From: a virus
Lineage: Duplodnaviria; Caudoviricetes
IMG/VR virus record: IMGVR_UViG_3300034106_002415
Coordinates: 1 to 62,617 of that record
Reading direction: 5' to 3' (one strand)
Length of the DNA stretch: 62,617 nt
Positions 1 through 10,431 of this stretch are shown here, one piece after another. The stretch's first letter is position 1; each line of letters opens with the position of its first letter. The notes under the pieces were generated by a model, which did no database searches, was not told the origin of the DNA, and was given only the letters and a program-made list of their open reading frames with translations. The position numbers and the translations under genes are program-made.

Positions 1-120
1 TCGCTGAACAACTTGCTTCTCAAGCCACATCTCTACCCATTCCGGGCGATATGCTCGCTGAGCAACTCGCTTCTCAAGCCGCTCCCGCCGCCGGTGGTCT
101 TGGTGTCACAGCTCCAGCAG
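1..120. repeat. Terminal direct repeat (assembly overlap of a circular contig), copy 1
   Basis: Bases 1-120 are identical to 62498-62617; the repeat lies inside a reading frame that continues across the join. Confidence 0.95.
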
Positions 121-1694
121 CCAAGACAGGTCTTGCTGGGTTTGGTCAGCGCTTCGGCCAAACAGCTTCCGCTGGTCTTGGTAAGGGTATGGCCGCTAAA
201 TACGCTCCTTACGCCGCTGGGCTTGGCTTGCTTAATGCTGCTAGCGAAGCATCCACGCCTACGGTTAGGATGCCAGAGGCGGAAGAGTACGAGTTCCCTC
301 TAGAAAACTACCAGCCGCTTAACCTCAATTATCGACCGCGTGAGCTAACCCCCGGCGGTGAAATCCAGTTCTTCGACGTGGTGAACCCGGTTCCGCCCCC
401 GCCCGTCCCCCGTAAGAAAGTAGGCCAGCGTTTTGCTGAAGGCGGCGAAGCCGAAGCTACAGGTGTTAATAATATCCCGATTGACCCGCAGATGTCGCAA
501 ATGTTGGCGGACTACACCCGCATGTTTAGCACGTCACCCGGTGCCATCACTGCGGCGTCAGGCTATCCTGCCCGTACACGTACGTCTGTTGGGGAAATTG
601 ATTTTAATTTGCAGGGTCCCACTGACGCATCGACTGGCACCCCCGGTGCACCTAATGTCCCCGGTTCGGGTGGGGAAACTACGGGTACCCCAGCTAACGT
701 AAGCGACAGCAACACCATGAATGCCGCCAACACCCAAAACTCTGTTAGCAATACGCAGTTTGATATCAACCGGCGAGATGGCGTATATAGCCCCGATCCG
801 CGTGGTCCTTACGTGCTGAACCCGTCACTTCCCGGCACCAACCTCGACGCCGTCAAAGTCTCTGGGCAGGGCGTGATGCCTGACTTCAAGCTCGAAGACT
901 TGCATATCAATCCGGTCAATATGCCGTTCAACGGCACCTATTCGCCTCTGTCACCGGGCACCACGATCCCCGGTATGGAGGTCTCTGGGGACGGTATAAT
1001 GCCTAACTTCACGCTGGACAGCCTGAAAGTGGACCCAGTCATAATCCCGCGAACCAACATATCCAGTGGTTACGGTGCCAGCGGCAGTATGGGTAACTAC
1101 AGAGGCGAGTTCGGTGGCTCCAGCCCGTTCAGCAATACGGGCGGCAACTTGAACAGCATGAGTAGCTTCGGTAATAACCTCGACTCTCGGATCAGCGGGG
1201 GGAACTACACCCTCCCCCCACTCACCTTCACTCCTCCGTTCACACTCCCCCCGCTCACGTTCCCCGGTTCGGTTGGCGGCGGTAACCTACCCACGGACCC
1301 CGAAGAGTACGAAGAGGCAAAAGCTCGCGGTGGTCTAGTGAATATGAAGGATGGTTCCTTTGTCGTCGACGCTCGTACAGTCTCTGAACTCGGCAATGGC
1401 AGCAGCAATGCTGGTATTGAGCATCTGGCTCGCATGGGTGGTCGTCCTGTTCGTGGTGCTGGCGATGGGGTTAGTGATTCTGTGCCAGCACGTATCGGAG
1501 GCCGTCAGAAAGCTCGGGTGGCGCGCGACGAGGTAATCTTCTCGCCGGAGGCGGTCAGCCGCCTTGGTGCTGGTAACCACAGCAAGGGTACCAAGAAGCT
1601 CTACGCTCTTATGGGTAAGGCCCATAGCGCTCGCAAGAAAGCGGGCCGGGGTCAGGACACCAAGGTCGCCAAGGGTCTGGGGGCTCTGAGGTGA
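51..1694 (+). CDS. 3' part of a ~791-aa putative ejection/internal virion protein that starts at 61816 and crosses the join
   Basis: In frame with the ORF from ATG 61816; Gly/Ala-rich; FAEGG and KARGG motifs; C-terminal GDGVSDSVPA domain with an internal duplication; follows the tail genes. Confidence 0.7.
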   Translation: MLAEQLASQAAPAAGGLGVTAPAAKTGLAGFGQRFGQTASAGLGKGMAAKYAPYAAGLGLLNAASEASTPTVRMPEAEEYEFPLENYQPLNLNYRPRELTPGGEIQFFDVVNPVPPPPVPRKKVGQRFAEGGEAEATGVNNIPIDPQMSQMLADYTRMFSTSPGAITAASGYPARTRTSVGEIDFNLQGPTDASTGTPGAPNVPGSGGETTGTPANVSDSNTMNAANTQNSVSNTQFDINRRDGVYSPDPRGPYVLNPSLPGTNLDAVKVSGQGVMPDFKLEDLHINPVNMPFNGTYSPLSPGTTIPGMEVSGDGIMPNFTLDSLKVDPVIIPRTNISSGYGASGSMGNYRGEFGGSSPFSNTGGNLNSMSSFGNNLDSRISGGNYTLPPLTFTPPFTLPPLTFPGSVGGGNLPTDPEEYEEAKARGGLVNMKDGSFVVDARTVSELGNGSSNAGIEHLARMGGRPVRGAGDGVSDSVPARIGGRQKARVARDEVIFSPEAVSRLGAGNHSKGTKKLYALMGKAHSARKKAGRGQDTKVAKGLGALR

Positions 1695-2119
1695 TTATTT
1701 CGCTCGTCCCTTCGGATCACGTAATGAACGTGTGGCCTGCCGTTGCGGGTTACGTGGAGAACGCGCTTGAGTATACCGATGGCCGGTACGAGCTCGATGA
1801 CGTGCTCGCCATGGTTGAAGGCGGCGGGTTCTTGCTCTGGATCGCCTTTGACGACGAGTCCATCAAAGGCTGCGTAATCACGCAGATCATGGAATACCCC
1901 CGCAAACGTTTCCTTGGCTGCCCCTTCGTTACGGGCGACAACTTCGCATCATGGAAGCAGCCTATGTTCGAGACCCTTCAGCGGTTCGCGCGGGATAGCG
2001 ACTGTGTCGGCCTTGAGGCTACTGCGCGTCTTGGTTGGGCACGCGTGTTTAAGGATGACGGCTACGAAGCTATGTGGCAAACCTTTCAGCTGCCAGCGGC
2101 AGGAGTAAATCATGGGTAA
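1691..2119 (+). CDS. Hypothetical protein, possibly GNAT/acetyltransferase-like, in the ejection module
   Basis: 142 aa, overlaps the upstream stop; LWIAFD..GCVITQI..YPRKR and ARLGWAR pattern resembles small acyltransferase-like genes beside podophage ejection genes. Confidence 0.45.
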   Translation: MIISLVPSDHVMNVWPAVAGYVENALEYTDGRYELDDVLAMVEGGGFLLWIAFDDESIKGCVITQIMEYPRKRFLGCPFVTGDNFASWKQPMFETLQRFARDSDCVGLEATARLGWARVFKDDGYEAMWQTFQLPAAGVNHG

Positions 2120-3242
2120 GTCGGCACCTGCTCCCGCTAAGCAGGAAGTGGTAACCTCCACTAGCAACCTGCCAGAATACGCACGTCCGTATTTTGAAGA
2201 CGTGATGGGTCGCGCAATGCGGGCATCGCGCAGCGAATATGTTCCCTACACCTACGAAGACCGCATTGCCGACTTCACTCCGGCGGAGCAGCAGGTTCGG
2301 CAGAACGTCCTTGGACTTGGCTCACCCAACCAGTTTGCGGTCGGGTCGGGCTTGGCGGCTAGCGCCGCGCAAGGTTCCATGGGGGCGGCAAACTACAATC
2401 CAGCGCAGTTTAGCGCGCAGCAGGTTCAGGCACCGCAGCTGGAGCGTTACGGTCTTCGGGGCCCACAGATGTTCGGCAACGAACAGGCCCAGCAGTACAT
2501 GTCGCCGTTTATCCAGCAGGCGTTGGAGCCGCAGCGGCGCGCAGCCATCGCAAACGCGAAGCGTGGACAGCTTGTTCAGGACCTCGGTTCGGCCCGTCAG
2601 GGTGCCTACGGCGGGAGCCGCCAGCTGCTCGCTGGTTTGGAGCGTGAGCGTAGTCTTGGTCAACAACTTGGTGACGTCGAAGCGCGTGGTATGGAAGCGG
2701 CGTTTGGTCAGGCGCAGCAACAGTTCGAGCGTGACCGCGCAGCGGGGATGACGACGGACCAGCAGAACTTGGAGGCAGCGCTGCGGCAGCAGCAGCTGGG
2801 CACCCAGACGGGACTTCAAGCGGCACTGGCTAACCAGCAGACCGGGCTTGAAGCGCAGCGGCTCGGAGAGCAGTCGCGTCAGTTTGGCGCGAGTCAGAAG
2901 CTGGCTGGCTACGGTCAGGCAGGGCAGCTGGCGCAGACCCTTGGCAATCTAGGTCAGTATCAGCAGCAGGCTGATATTCAGCGGCTTGGAGCGCAGGGTG
3001 CGGCAGCGGGTGAGGTGCGTTCTATGGATCAGCAGCGCCGCGACCAGCGGTATGCCGACTTCTTGCGCCAGCGCGACTTCCGGATGGAACAGATTGGGTA
3101 CCTTAACAACATCCTGCGCGGCCTGCCGGTGGGTCTCAGCACTACGAACACAACCTACGCAACGCCGCCGTCCATGGGTTCTCAGGTGCTTGGTGCCGGT
3201 CTCGGCGGCCTGAGTATGGCCCGCTTGATGGGTGGTGGTTAA
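2112..3242 (+). CDS. Putative DNA ejection/pilot protein
   Basis: Gln/Ala/Gly-rich helical protein; YMSPFIQQ and GAYGGSRQ motifs; Gly-rich hydrophobic C-terminus; RBS AGGAG. Confidence 0.6.
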   Translation: MGKSAPAPAKQEVVTSTSNLPEYARPYFEDVMGRAMRASRSEYVPYTYEDRIADFTPAEQQVRQNVLGLGSPNQFAVGSGLAASAAQGSMGAANYNPAQFSAQQVQAPQLERYGLRGPQMFGNEQAQQYMSPFIQQALEPQRRAAIANAKRGQLVQDLGSARQGAYGGSRQLLAGLERERSLGQQLGDVEARGMEAAFGQAQQQFERDRAAGMTTDQQNLEAALRQQQLGTQTGLQAALANQQTGLEAQRLGEQSRQFGASQKLAGYGQAGQLAQTLGNLGQYQQQADIQRLGAQGAAAGEVRSMDQQRRDQRYADFLRQRDFRMEQIGYLNNILRGLPVGLSTTNTTYATPPSMGSQVLGAGLGGLSMARLMGGG

Positions 3243-3252
3243 GGAGGATTAG

Positions 3253-4629
3253 ATGCCTAAACCGTTCAGCCTCCAGTCGCCCGAGAATATCGCCAAGGAA
3301 TATGGCGGTAACAAGCAGAAGATCGCGCAAGCGATGCAGATGGGGCTTGTCGACCCCACGGCGGGTACCCTTGCGGGTATGTTCATCGACCGTATGCGCG
3401 GCGCGCAGATGCAGGAAGGCGCTCAGGCTCCGACCGTAGCGCAGCAGGTATTTGCCCCTCCAGCCCCACCTGCTCCGCCTCCTGGTGCTCCTCCGATGGG
3501 CGGTATGGGTCCGCCTCCCGGTGCTCCTCCGATGGGTGCTCCGCCTATGGGTGGTATGCCGCCTGCGCCTCCGATGGGTGCTCCGCCTATGGGTGCTCCT
3601 CCGATGGGCATGGCTGACGGCGGCTTGGCTGCGCTCCCCGTTCCGGATAACATGTTCGATGAACCCATGGACGGCGAGTATGCCGGCGGCGGCATCGTGG
3701 CTTTTGCTACGGGGGATGAGGTAGACTATAACGAAATCCTTCAAAAGCAGATGGCCTACTTCAACGACCCAGAGAAGCTAAAAGCTGACTACTTCATGGG
3801 TGGCCAACCCAAGCGCGAAGCTGCTGAACGCCTCCGGCAGTTCTATGCAGGCGCGCTTTCTGAGGAAGGCCTGAAGAAGCGCCGCGACGAGGATAAGTAT
3901 TTTGCGCTTGCGCAGCTGGGTGCCACCATGGCGGGCACCCCTGGCAGCCTGTTCCAGTCATTCAGTGCGGGTGTTGGTAAAGCTCTTCCGGGTCTTCAGG
4001 AGTCGAGCAGGGAGCGCCGCGCAGAGCAGCGTGACGCCATTAAACAGCTGGCGCTTGATGAAGGTGCTACTAACGCTGAAGCACGTGATATTGGTAAGCT
4101 GGTCATGGATGGCCGCCTTAAGGCGACCGATATCGGTCAGACGATTGCCCAGATACGGTCTCGGGAAACCCTTGGCCGCGAAGACATTAAGTCGCGTGAA
4201 CGTATTAGCGCGGCGGATAACGACGCACGTATCCGAGCAGCACTACTTGAGGCTGGTGCTGGCGGTAAGGACGGTATGCGACCGACTTACAGCGCCTCGG
4301 TAGAGCTTTCTGGTAAACAAAAAACTGACGTAGACGATGCTCTTAAAGAGATGATTAAAGCGGAAGAAAAGGGTGATTATACACGCTTTAAAGCGGCGGG
4401 TTCTAAGTACTCTACTGCGCTTCGCAATTACAACCAAACAATAGTGAACAAGCTTGGGTATAATCCTGAGCCTAGTGTCCCTATGGGGTTGTTCCCTAAA
4501 ATGGGAGAACTTGCCAAGAAAGACACATCTATTGGGCACGGGCGCGTTTATGGTGGTAAAAAACCGGCACTGGGTTCCAAGGTGATGAACGCTGCGGATG
4601 AAATTCTTGCGCGTACCGGTGTCGATTAA
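3253..4629 (+). CDS. Putative ejection/internal virion protein with a Pro-Met-Gly repeat tract
   Basis: RBS AGGAGG; GAPPMG repeats; MADGG and YAGGG motifs; position in the ejection module. Confidence 0.55.
   Translation: MPKPFSLQSPENIAKEYGGNKQKIAQAMQMGLVDPTAGTLAGMFIDRMRGAQMQEGAQAPTVAQQVFAPPAPPAPPPGAPPMGGMGPPPGAPPMGAPPMGGMPPAPPMGAPPMGAPPMGMADGGLAALPVPDNMFDEPMDGEYAGGGIVAFATGDEVDYNEILQKQMAYFNDPEKLKADYFMGGQPKREAAERLRQFYAGALSEEGLKKRRDEDKYFALAQLGATMAGTPGSLFQSFSAGVGKALPGLQESSRERRAEQRDAIKQLALDEGATNAEARDIGKLVMDGRLKATDIGQTIAQIRSRETLGREDIKSRERISAADNDARIRAALLEAGAGGKDGMRPTYSASVELSGKQKTDVDDALKEMIKAEEKGDYTRFKAAGSKYSTALRNYNQTIVNKLGYNPEPSVPMGLFPKMGELAKKDTSIGHGRVYGGKKPALGSKVMNAADEILARTGVD
3466..3612 (+). repeat. 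Coding tandem repeats (GAPPM/PPMG)
   Basis: Repeated ggtgctcc(t/g)cc(g/t)atggg units. Confidence 0.85.
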
Positions 4630-4663
4630 GCTGACAACAGACCTGCATTTTTAAGGTGACCGT

Positions 4664-7600
4664 ATGGCTTCCGCTGAAAAGTATGCCGCTTGGATCGTAG
4701 CCAACGCCAATAAGCGCGGCACTCCAGAATTTGATACCGTTGCCAAGGCGTACCAAGAAGCCAAAGCGCTTATGGTAAGCCGCCCCGTTGATTCCTCGGT
4801 TTCCAAGCGCGGTGCAGAGCTTGATGCGGAGGAGCGCGCCGCGCAGGAGAAGCTGGCGCAGGACACTCAGAGGCTCGAAGCCTACAACCAGAGTGCCGTT
4901 GGTAAGTTTCTTGCGGCCCCATCGCGGTTGTTTGGTGGGGAGTCGTTTGCTGAAGAGCAGCTTGCAAAACGTAAGGCGGATGCCGCCGAAGTTACTAAGC
5001 GCATCAACCGCGAGCGGGCTTTCATGGAGCGGGAGGGGCGTGCTGCTCCTACACCCACCTTTGGTGAACGTGTAGCCGGTACCCTTAAGTCTATTCCGCG
5101 TGGGGCCATCGAAGGTACGTCGCAAGCCCTTGGTACTTTGGGTGTTTTTGGTAGCGAAGGCGAACAGACCGCTCGCGCTGCGGAAGAACGCGGTACGGCT
5201 TTTGCAAAGAGCCTTGGACTGGGCGCGAGCGAAACCGCCGAGTTTGATCCGATGCAACGCAACCTCGAAGCATTTGGCGGCGGTCTCGGTAGTGTTATCC
5301 CGTATCTCGGTGCAGAGGCAGTGGGGCAGAGGCTCAAGCCGCTTACCAAGGCGGCCCCTTATGTTGCCCGTGGTGCGCAGGCTATCCTTGGTTCTGGTCA
5401 GGGTGCTTCTCAAGCGCGCCAGCAGATGGACGACTTCGAGAAAGAGACGGGGCAAGAAATTGATCCGACCACACGCAAGCTGGTGCAGGCTGGTGGGGGT
5501 GCTATCGGCCTGACTGAACTGCTGCCGGTTGGGCGTATGCTGGACAGCCTCCCAGGGCCGATCAGGACTGCGGTCAACAAGCGCATCACGGACATCGTCA
5601 CTCAAACCGGTGCAGGGAAGCTGGTTCCGGAAGCCGCGCGCACTGCAATCCGCGAAACCCTTCAAGCAGTTGAGAGTCGGGCTGTCGGTCGAATTGCCAC
5701 CCGTGGCGCACTTCCTGAAGCAACACAGGAAGGCGGCGCGCAGCTTGCTCAGAACGTGCTGGAGCGCGCGGCATACAACCCTGATCAAGATGTGATGGAA
5801 AACGTCGCTGAGAACGCTATCCTTGGCGGCCTTGTGGGTGGCACTGTGCGCGGTGGCTTTGAAACCACTAGGGCTCTTGGTAAGCGGGCAGCGGATAACC
5901 GGCGGAAGGCTTTCGAGCAGACTGCGGCCCCTGTTGAAGAGTTCGATATCAACGAGCGCAGTACGGAAGACCCCACGCAGCTGACGCGGCAACGGGTGCA
6001 GCGACTGACCGATCCTGATGAAGACGGTAACGTATTTGCCCGCCGCGCTGATGGTACCGTCTACCAAGCGTCGATGGCTGAGTTGTACCGCATGCGGGTC
6101 CCGACTGATGGTATCCGTGCTGTTCCTATCCCCGAGACGCTCGCGGCTCCGGCTGTTACGCAGCGCTTGACTGCCGCTCTTGGTGATACCTCGTCTGATC
6201 TAGATGTTGACGGCTTCATTAAAAACGTCGCGACGACGCTCAACAACGGCATGGCGTTGGGCAACCCAGAGAGCACGGAAGACTATATCCAGAAGCAGCG
6301 GAATAGCTTGCGTAGGGCGCGCATTTCGGAAGAAGAGCGCATCGCACGTATGCTGGTGCTGGACGAAGCGACGAAGCTCAACGACGAGTATATGAACCTC
6401 GTCACGATGCCGCCTGAAGGAGCTGCCCCTGACACCGCCACGGCGACACCGACATCAGAAGCCCCAGTGCTCTCGGACGAGGCGATTCAAGCTCAAATTG
6501 ACAGCATGCGGGAGCAGGCTGCGCAGCGTGCGGAGGCACTAAAAGAAATTGCGGGCGACTCCAACCAGATTGATAAGGTTAGCATCTTCGCAGACCGCAT
6601 GGCTCAGAGTGGTCTGGCGGCTCCGACGCCGGTTGAGGTAGCACGTCTGAATGACGCGCTGCGCGCGGAGTCTGAAGCCGAGACGGCTGCGGGTCGTGAA
6701 GAGACAGCCCAAGAGCGGCGGCGAGTCCTTGACCGTGCAAATATCATCGAGAGCGTGCTCTACGATGACCGCATCTCTGCGGATACCAAGGTTGACCGCA
6801 TCAACGCCAAGATGCAGGGGAAGGGTCTTGGTCCACTTAGCCGGTACGAACTTGAACGTATCGCGGGTGTCGATTCAGCCAACGCCGTGTTTGGTCCTGA
6901 AGGTGAGTTTACGCAGCGCCGAGACGCACTGCTGGAGCAAGTCCTTGCCGATCCTACCATCACGGACAAGTACCGTGGGTTCACTGAGCAACTCGACCAG
7001 TATCCGGAGCTAGGCGACCCCAGCCCAGCAGAGATACGCATTTTGCGCGGCGATGCAGCGTCCCTTGAGGCACAGATTCCGGAGAGCGGAGAACCTATTA
7101 CCTCTGAGCTGATCCCTGAAGGACCTGGCAATATCTTTGCGGATAGCGCCAACGCCGCTACGGTGACCGAGCCTGCGCCGGAAGTGGTGGAAGAGCCCGC
7201 GCCGGAAGTGGTGGAAGAGCCTGCGCCTGAAGTGGTGGAAGAGCCCGCGCCTACGGATATATTTAGAACCGACCTTACCGATTATGGTTCGTTGGTGGGG
7301 CGCAATGCTCCTGTGCCTGAAGAGCTGGTTGATGCTATCGCTGATAAAGTCATAGACCTTGTCGAAAATAACGATACGGCTACGCTTGCTGAACTCAGCG
7401 CGGACCCAGAACTTGGGCCTGTAATCCAGCAATTTTTTACCAACGAAAGCGCAGCGATTACCAAACGGGGTGTCGAACGCGCCAAGGCCGCACAGCCCGC
7501 GCCTACGGCTGCCACGCAGACGATCAACAACCCCGAAGAGGACGTCACTCCGGTCGAAGAGCAGCTGGAAGCCGATCCCAACACTGTCGAAGGTGCGTTC

Positions 7601-10369
7601 CCTGCATCCCCCAATCGTCCTCGTGCCGAAGCTATTGGCTTTGCGGCTGACATGGAACGCCGCGTCAAGAGCATGTCGAGCCGGTTTATCCGTGCGGCAA
7701 ACTACAAATACCAGACCGCAGAGGACTACGCACGGGCACTGGCTGCCTCCTACGGCCTCACGCAACTGCCGCCCAACCTCAATGTGGCTCGTAAGTTCGA
7801 ACTGCTGGAAAGCCGCAAGGTCGGTGGTCAGATGCGGCTCAACCGGTGGTATCTGCAACCGATCGAGGACAAGGTAAAAGAACTGGGCCTCGACCCCAAG
7901 GACGTCGGAATGTATCTCTGGGCGCGGAGTGCCGCTGCGCGAAACGCGCTGGTCCTTGAGCGCAGTGGTGAGATAAACGGCTCCGGCTTGACCGATGCCC
8001 AAGCGCAGGCTCAACTTGCCAAGCTTGAGCTCGAAGGCCTCGGCCCCGCGTTGCGCGAAGTCGCCAAGCTGCATGATGCCCTGGTGGATTATGTTGGCAA
8101 CCAGCGGGTCAAGGCTGGGCTTCTCTCCCGTGCCGACTGGAAGGCTATGCGTAAGGCGCAGCCGTTCTACACGCCACTCAAGGGCTACGCGCTGAACGGA
8201 GATATGCAAGTCGATGGTGATCCTGATCCGCATAGTGCTGAAGAACGCGGCATCGCCGAGAGCAACGGAACCCGTATCCGTGAAGTGCTGACTGCGCGTG
8301 GGCGCGAGTCGATGCCGTTTAGCCCGCTCTTCAACCTTATGTCCGATGCGCAGTTTGCTATTGCCCGTATCGAGCAGAACAAGGTCAAAGAGGCGTTCCT
8401 CGACAACGTGCTTAGCGACCCCAAGAGCCACGAAGGCCTCGTCACGGTCTACACGCCGAAGAAAGAAGTGCATGCGGGCGGCCTGACCACGCGGCCTAAG
8501 ATGGGGGAGAACGGCCCCGTCAATATGAACCAGCTTGCGGCCCAGAAGAACCCTAGCTTGATGATCGTCAAGAAGGACGGCAAGCCCTACTATATTGAGT
8601 TTGCCAAGACACCTGCGGGGAACGCCCTCTATCGTGCGTTTGCCAACATGACGCCGCCGGAACTGGGTAAGTTCATGCAGGCGGCGCAAGAGGTCTCGAA
8701 TACCATCAAGTCGTTCAAGACCCGTTACAATCCGATCTACATCGGCACCACGGCTTGGGCTCGCGACTTCAACGAAGCTGTCGTTACTGCCTATGCTGCG
8801 CAGGGTATCAAGGGGGGCCCCGCAGCGGGCACCAAGCTCGCTAAGCGGACTGCTCGGTACATCGCATCATTGAGCGGTATGGGCACCATCACCGACTACC
8901 TCAAAGGTAAGGACCCGACCACGGCTGAAGGTGAAATACTGACGCTGCTGTTCGACCAATTCCTTGAGGATGGTGGTGCAATCGGTCACGCGCAGGTTAT
9001 GGACGCTGAGCGCTACGCGCAAGATACAGCCAAGGCCATTGAACGTTACGCCGCTGCTAAACGCGGAGACCCTAGAGCCGCTGCGCTGATGGCCAAGGAT
9101 ATGACGGCGAAGGCGCTGGATAATGCTTCACAGCTTATCGATTTGCAGGCGCGCTTTGCTACGTATCGAGCAGCTATCGAGCAGGGTATCAATCGCGAGG
9201 ACGCAGCTGCACTGGCGCTTGACTCATCGCTAAACCTGACACGGCGCGGCGAGCTGTCCCCTTACCTAGATACGTGGTCATTCTTCTTCAGCCCGACTGT
9301 GGAAGGCGCGCGCAAGCTGCTGTCTCAGGGCCGTTACAGCACGATTGCCCGTAAGTTGTTTTCCAAGGCGGTTATGGTCGGTGCGTTAATGTACCTCTTT
9401 AACCGCTTTGGCCCTGGTGCGGGTGATGACGATGAAGATGGGCGTCCGAACATCCTTGAGGTGAACAATCCAACTGCGCAGTCGCGGATGATCTTCCGAT
9501 ACGGCCCCGGTGTAAACGAGTATGTGGCTGTTCCCGTGGCTTTCGGTATGGGGTACTTCAATTACGCGGGCGGTCAGATCATGGCTGCGGTACTGGATGA
9601 CATCCCGCCGGAAGAGGCTGGGTTCAATATCGTTAGCGGCTTCACGAACATGGCCTCGCCGATCAAGACAGAGGGCACCGAAGGGCTGACCAGCATCGTC
9701 AACTTCGTCATCCCTGACCCAGTGCAGCCGCTTTGGGACTTGGTCGTCAATCGCAGTGCTTTCGGATCAAAAATTTACAGCGACAAGTCTCAGTACGGCA
9801 CACTGCCCAAGTCGGAGCTTGGACGTGAAGAGACCGGAGAAGTCTGGAAGTTCATCGCGCGAGGTATGAACTCTCTCGCAGGTGGCACCGATACGGTGGA
9901 AAAATGGACAAGCATGCAGCCGGAACAGTACCGGTACATCGTGCAGCAGTTCCTTGGGGGTGCCTACGGCTTCGGGCGCGACACGGTAGACTTGGTTGCG
10001 GGTGAAGCCAAACCGGATCAGATGCTCCTGAACCGTATACCGATCATCAAGTCGTTCTTCGGTAGGGGCGGCGAGTTTGCCCCCATGAACAAGTTCTACG
10101 AGGACTACGACGAGCTCAATGCGCTTTACGCGGTCTATAACGACGAGGAGCCCGACTCCGAAAAGCAGGCTGAGAACGAAGCGAAGTTCCCCATGCAGAC
10201 CGATCCGGAGGTTATGGACGCCTTCGGGGATGCCCTGTCGGAGCTACGCAAGATCAACAAGGACAACAGGGACGGCGATTACGCTTCGAGAGAAGCGATG
10301 CTTGCGGACAAAAACAAGGTCTACGAAGACTTCAACCGCGTCTACGCAAAGGCCAAGCGGGGCGAATGA
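4664..10369 (+). CDS. Large ejection/polyvalent virion protein (1901 aa), C-terminus resembling LPD38
   Basis: Last and largest gene of the late arm; helical, acidic linker; C-terminal NLTRRG..FFSPTVEG..P....N...FG..I pattern typical of large polyvalent phage proteins. Confidence 0.6.
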   Translation: MASAEKYAAWIVANANKRGTPEFDTVAKAYQEAKALMVSRPVDSSVSKRGAELDAEERAAQEKLAQDTQRLEAYNQSAVGKFLAAPSRLFGGESFAEEQLAKRKADAAEVTKRINRERAFMEREGRAAPTPTFGERVAGTLKSIPRGAIEGTSQALGTLGVFGSEGEQTARAAEERGTAFAKSLGLGASETAEFDPMQRNLEAFGGGLGSVIPYLGAEAVGQRLKPLTKAAPYVARGAQAILGSGQGASQARQQMDDFEKETGQEIDPTTRKLVQAGGGAIGLTELLPVGRMLDSLPGPIRTAVNKRITDIVTQTGAGKLVPEAARTAIRETLQAVESRAVGRIATRGALPEATQEGGAQLAQNVLERAAYNPDQDVMENVAENAILGGLVGGTVRGGFETTRALGKRAADNRRKAFEQTAAPVEEFDINERSTEDPTQLTRQRVQRLTDPDEDGNVFARRADGTVYQASMAELYRMRVPTDGIRAVPIPETLAAPAVTQRLTAALGDTSSDLDVDGFIKNVATTLNNGMALGNPESTEDYIQKQRNSLRRARISEEERIARMLVLDEATKLNDEYMNLVTMPPEGAAPDTATATPTSEAPVLSDEAIQAQIDSMREQAAQRAEALKEIAGDSNQIDKVSIFADRMAQSGLAAPTPVEVARLNDALRAESEAETAAGREETAQERRRVLDRANIIESVLYDDRISADTKVDRINAKMQGKGLGPLSRYELERIAGVDSANAVFGPEGEFTQRRDALLEQVLADPTITDKYRGFTEQLDQYPELGDPSPAEIRILRGDAASLEAQIPESGEPITSELIPEGPGNIFADSANAATVTEPAPEVVEEPAPEVVEEPAPEVVEEPAPTDIFRTDLTDYGSLVGRNAPVPEELVDAIADKVIDLVENNDTATLAELSADPELGPVIQQFFTNESAAITKRGVERAKAAQPAPTAATQTINNPEEDVTPVEEQLEADPNTVEGAFPASPNRPRAEAIGFAADMERRVKSMSSRFIRAANYKYQTAEDYARALAASYGLTQLPPNLNVARKFELLESRKVGGQMRLNRWYLQPIEDKVKELGLDPKDVGMYLWARSAAARNALVLERSGEINGSGLTDAQAQAQLAKLELEGLGPALREVAKLHDALVDYVGNQRVKAGLLSRADWKAMRKAQPFYTPLKGYALNGDMQVDGDPDPHSAEERGIAESNGTRIREVLTARGRESMPFSPLFNLMSDAQFAIARIEQNKVKEAFLDNVLSDPKSHEGLVTVYTPKKEVHAGGLTTRPKMGENGPVNMNQLAAQKNPSLMIVKKDGKPYYIEFAKTPAGNALYRAFANMTPPELGKFMQAAQEVSNTIKSFKTRYNPIYIGTTAWARDFNEAVVTAYAAQGIKGGPAAGTKLAKRTARYIASLSGMGTITDYLKGKDPTTAEGEILTLLFDQFLEDGGAIGHAQVMDAERYAQDTAKAIERYAAAKRGDPRAAALMAKDMTAKALDNASQLIDLQARFATYRAAIEQGINREDAAALALDSSLNLTRRGELSPYLDTWSFFFSPTVEGARKLLSQGRYSTIARKLFSKAVMVGALMYLFNRFGPGAGDDDEDGRPNILEVNNPTAQSRMIFRYGPGVNEYVAVPVAFGMGYFNYAGGQIMAAVLDDIPPEEAGFNIVSGFTNMASPIKTEGTEGLTSIVNFVIPDPVQPLWDLVVNRSAFGSKIYSDKSQYGTLPKSELGREETGEVWKFIARGMNSLAGGTDTVEKWTSMQPEQYRYIVQQFLGGAYGFGRDTVDLVAGEAKPDQMLLNRIPIIKSFFGRGGEFAPMNKFYEDYDELNALYAVYNDEEPDSEKQAENEAKFPMQTDPEVMDAFGDALSELRKINKDNRDGDYASREAMLADKNKVYEDFNRVYAKAKRGE
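7168..7252 (+). repeat. 24-bp coding tandem repeat (EPAPEVVE x3)
   Basis: gagcc(t/c)gcgcc(g/t)gaagtggtggaa repeated three times plus a partial copy. Confidence 0.9.
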
Positions 10370-10403
10370 AAAAACCCCCGCTGGGGGGAAACCAGCGGGG
10401 GTT
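10369..10403 (-). terminator. Intrinsic terminator of the minus-strand arm (possibly bidirectional)
   Basis: 12-bp stem aacccccgctgg/ccagcgggggtt followed by U6 on the minus strand, at the point where the two arms converge. Confidence 0.85.
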
Positions 10404-10407
10404 AGTA

Positions 10408-10431
10408 CAACCTGAGAGGAGCAAACTCTCA
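10408..10431 (-). ncRNA. Candidate anti-RBS hairpin (3' UTR-derived sRNA or decoy)
   Basis: Minus strand reads UGAGAG-UUUGCUC-CUCUCA-GGUUG, complementary to the shared AGGAGCAAAC RBS of minus-arm genes. Confidence 0.5.

Noticed and set aside
1-120. Terminal repeat as a biological DTR
   Set aside because: It falls inside a coding sequence and looks like an assembler overlap; real termini more likely lie in 30340-31018.
4529-8689. Long antisense ORFs (4529..6067, 7010..8689; likewise 15577..16827, 34391..35374, 54810..56162)
   Set aside because: Shadow frames opposite well-supported genes in GC-rich DNA, with no RBS or recognisable motifs.
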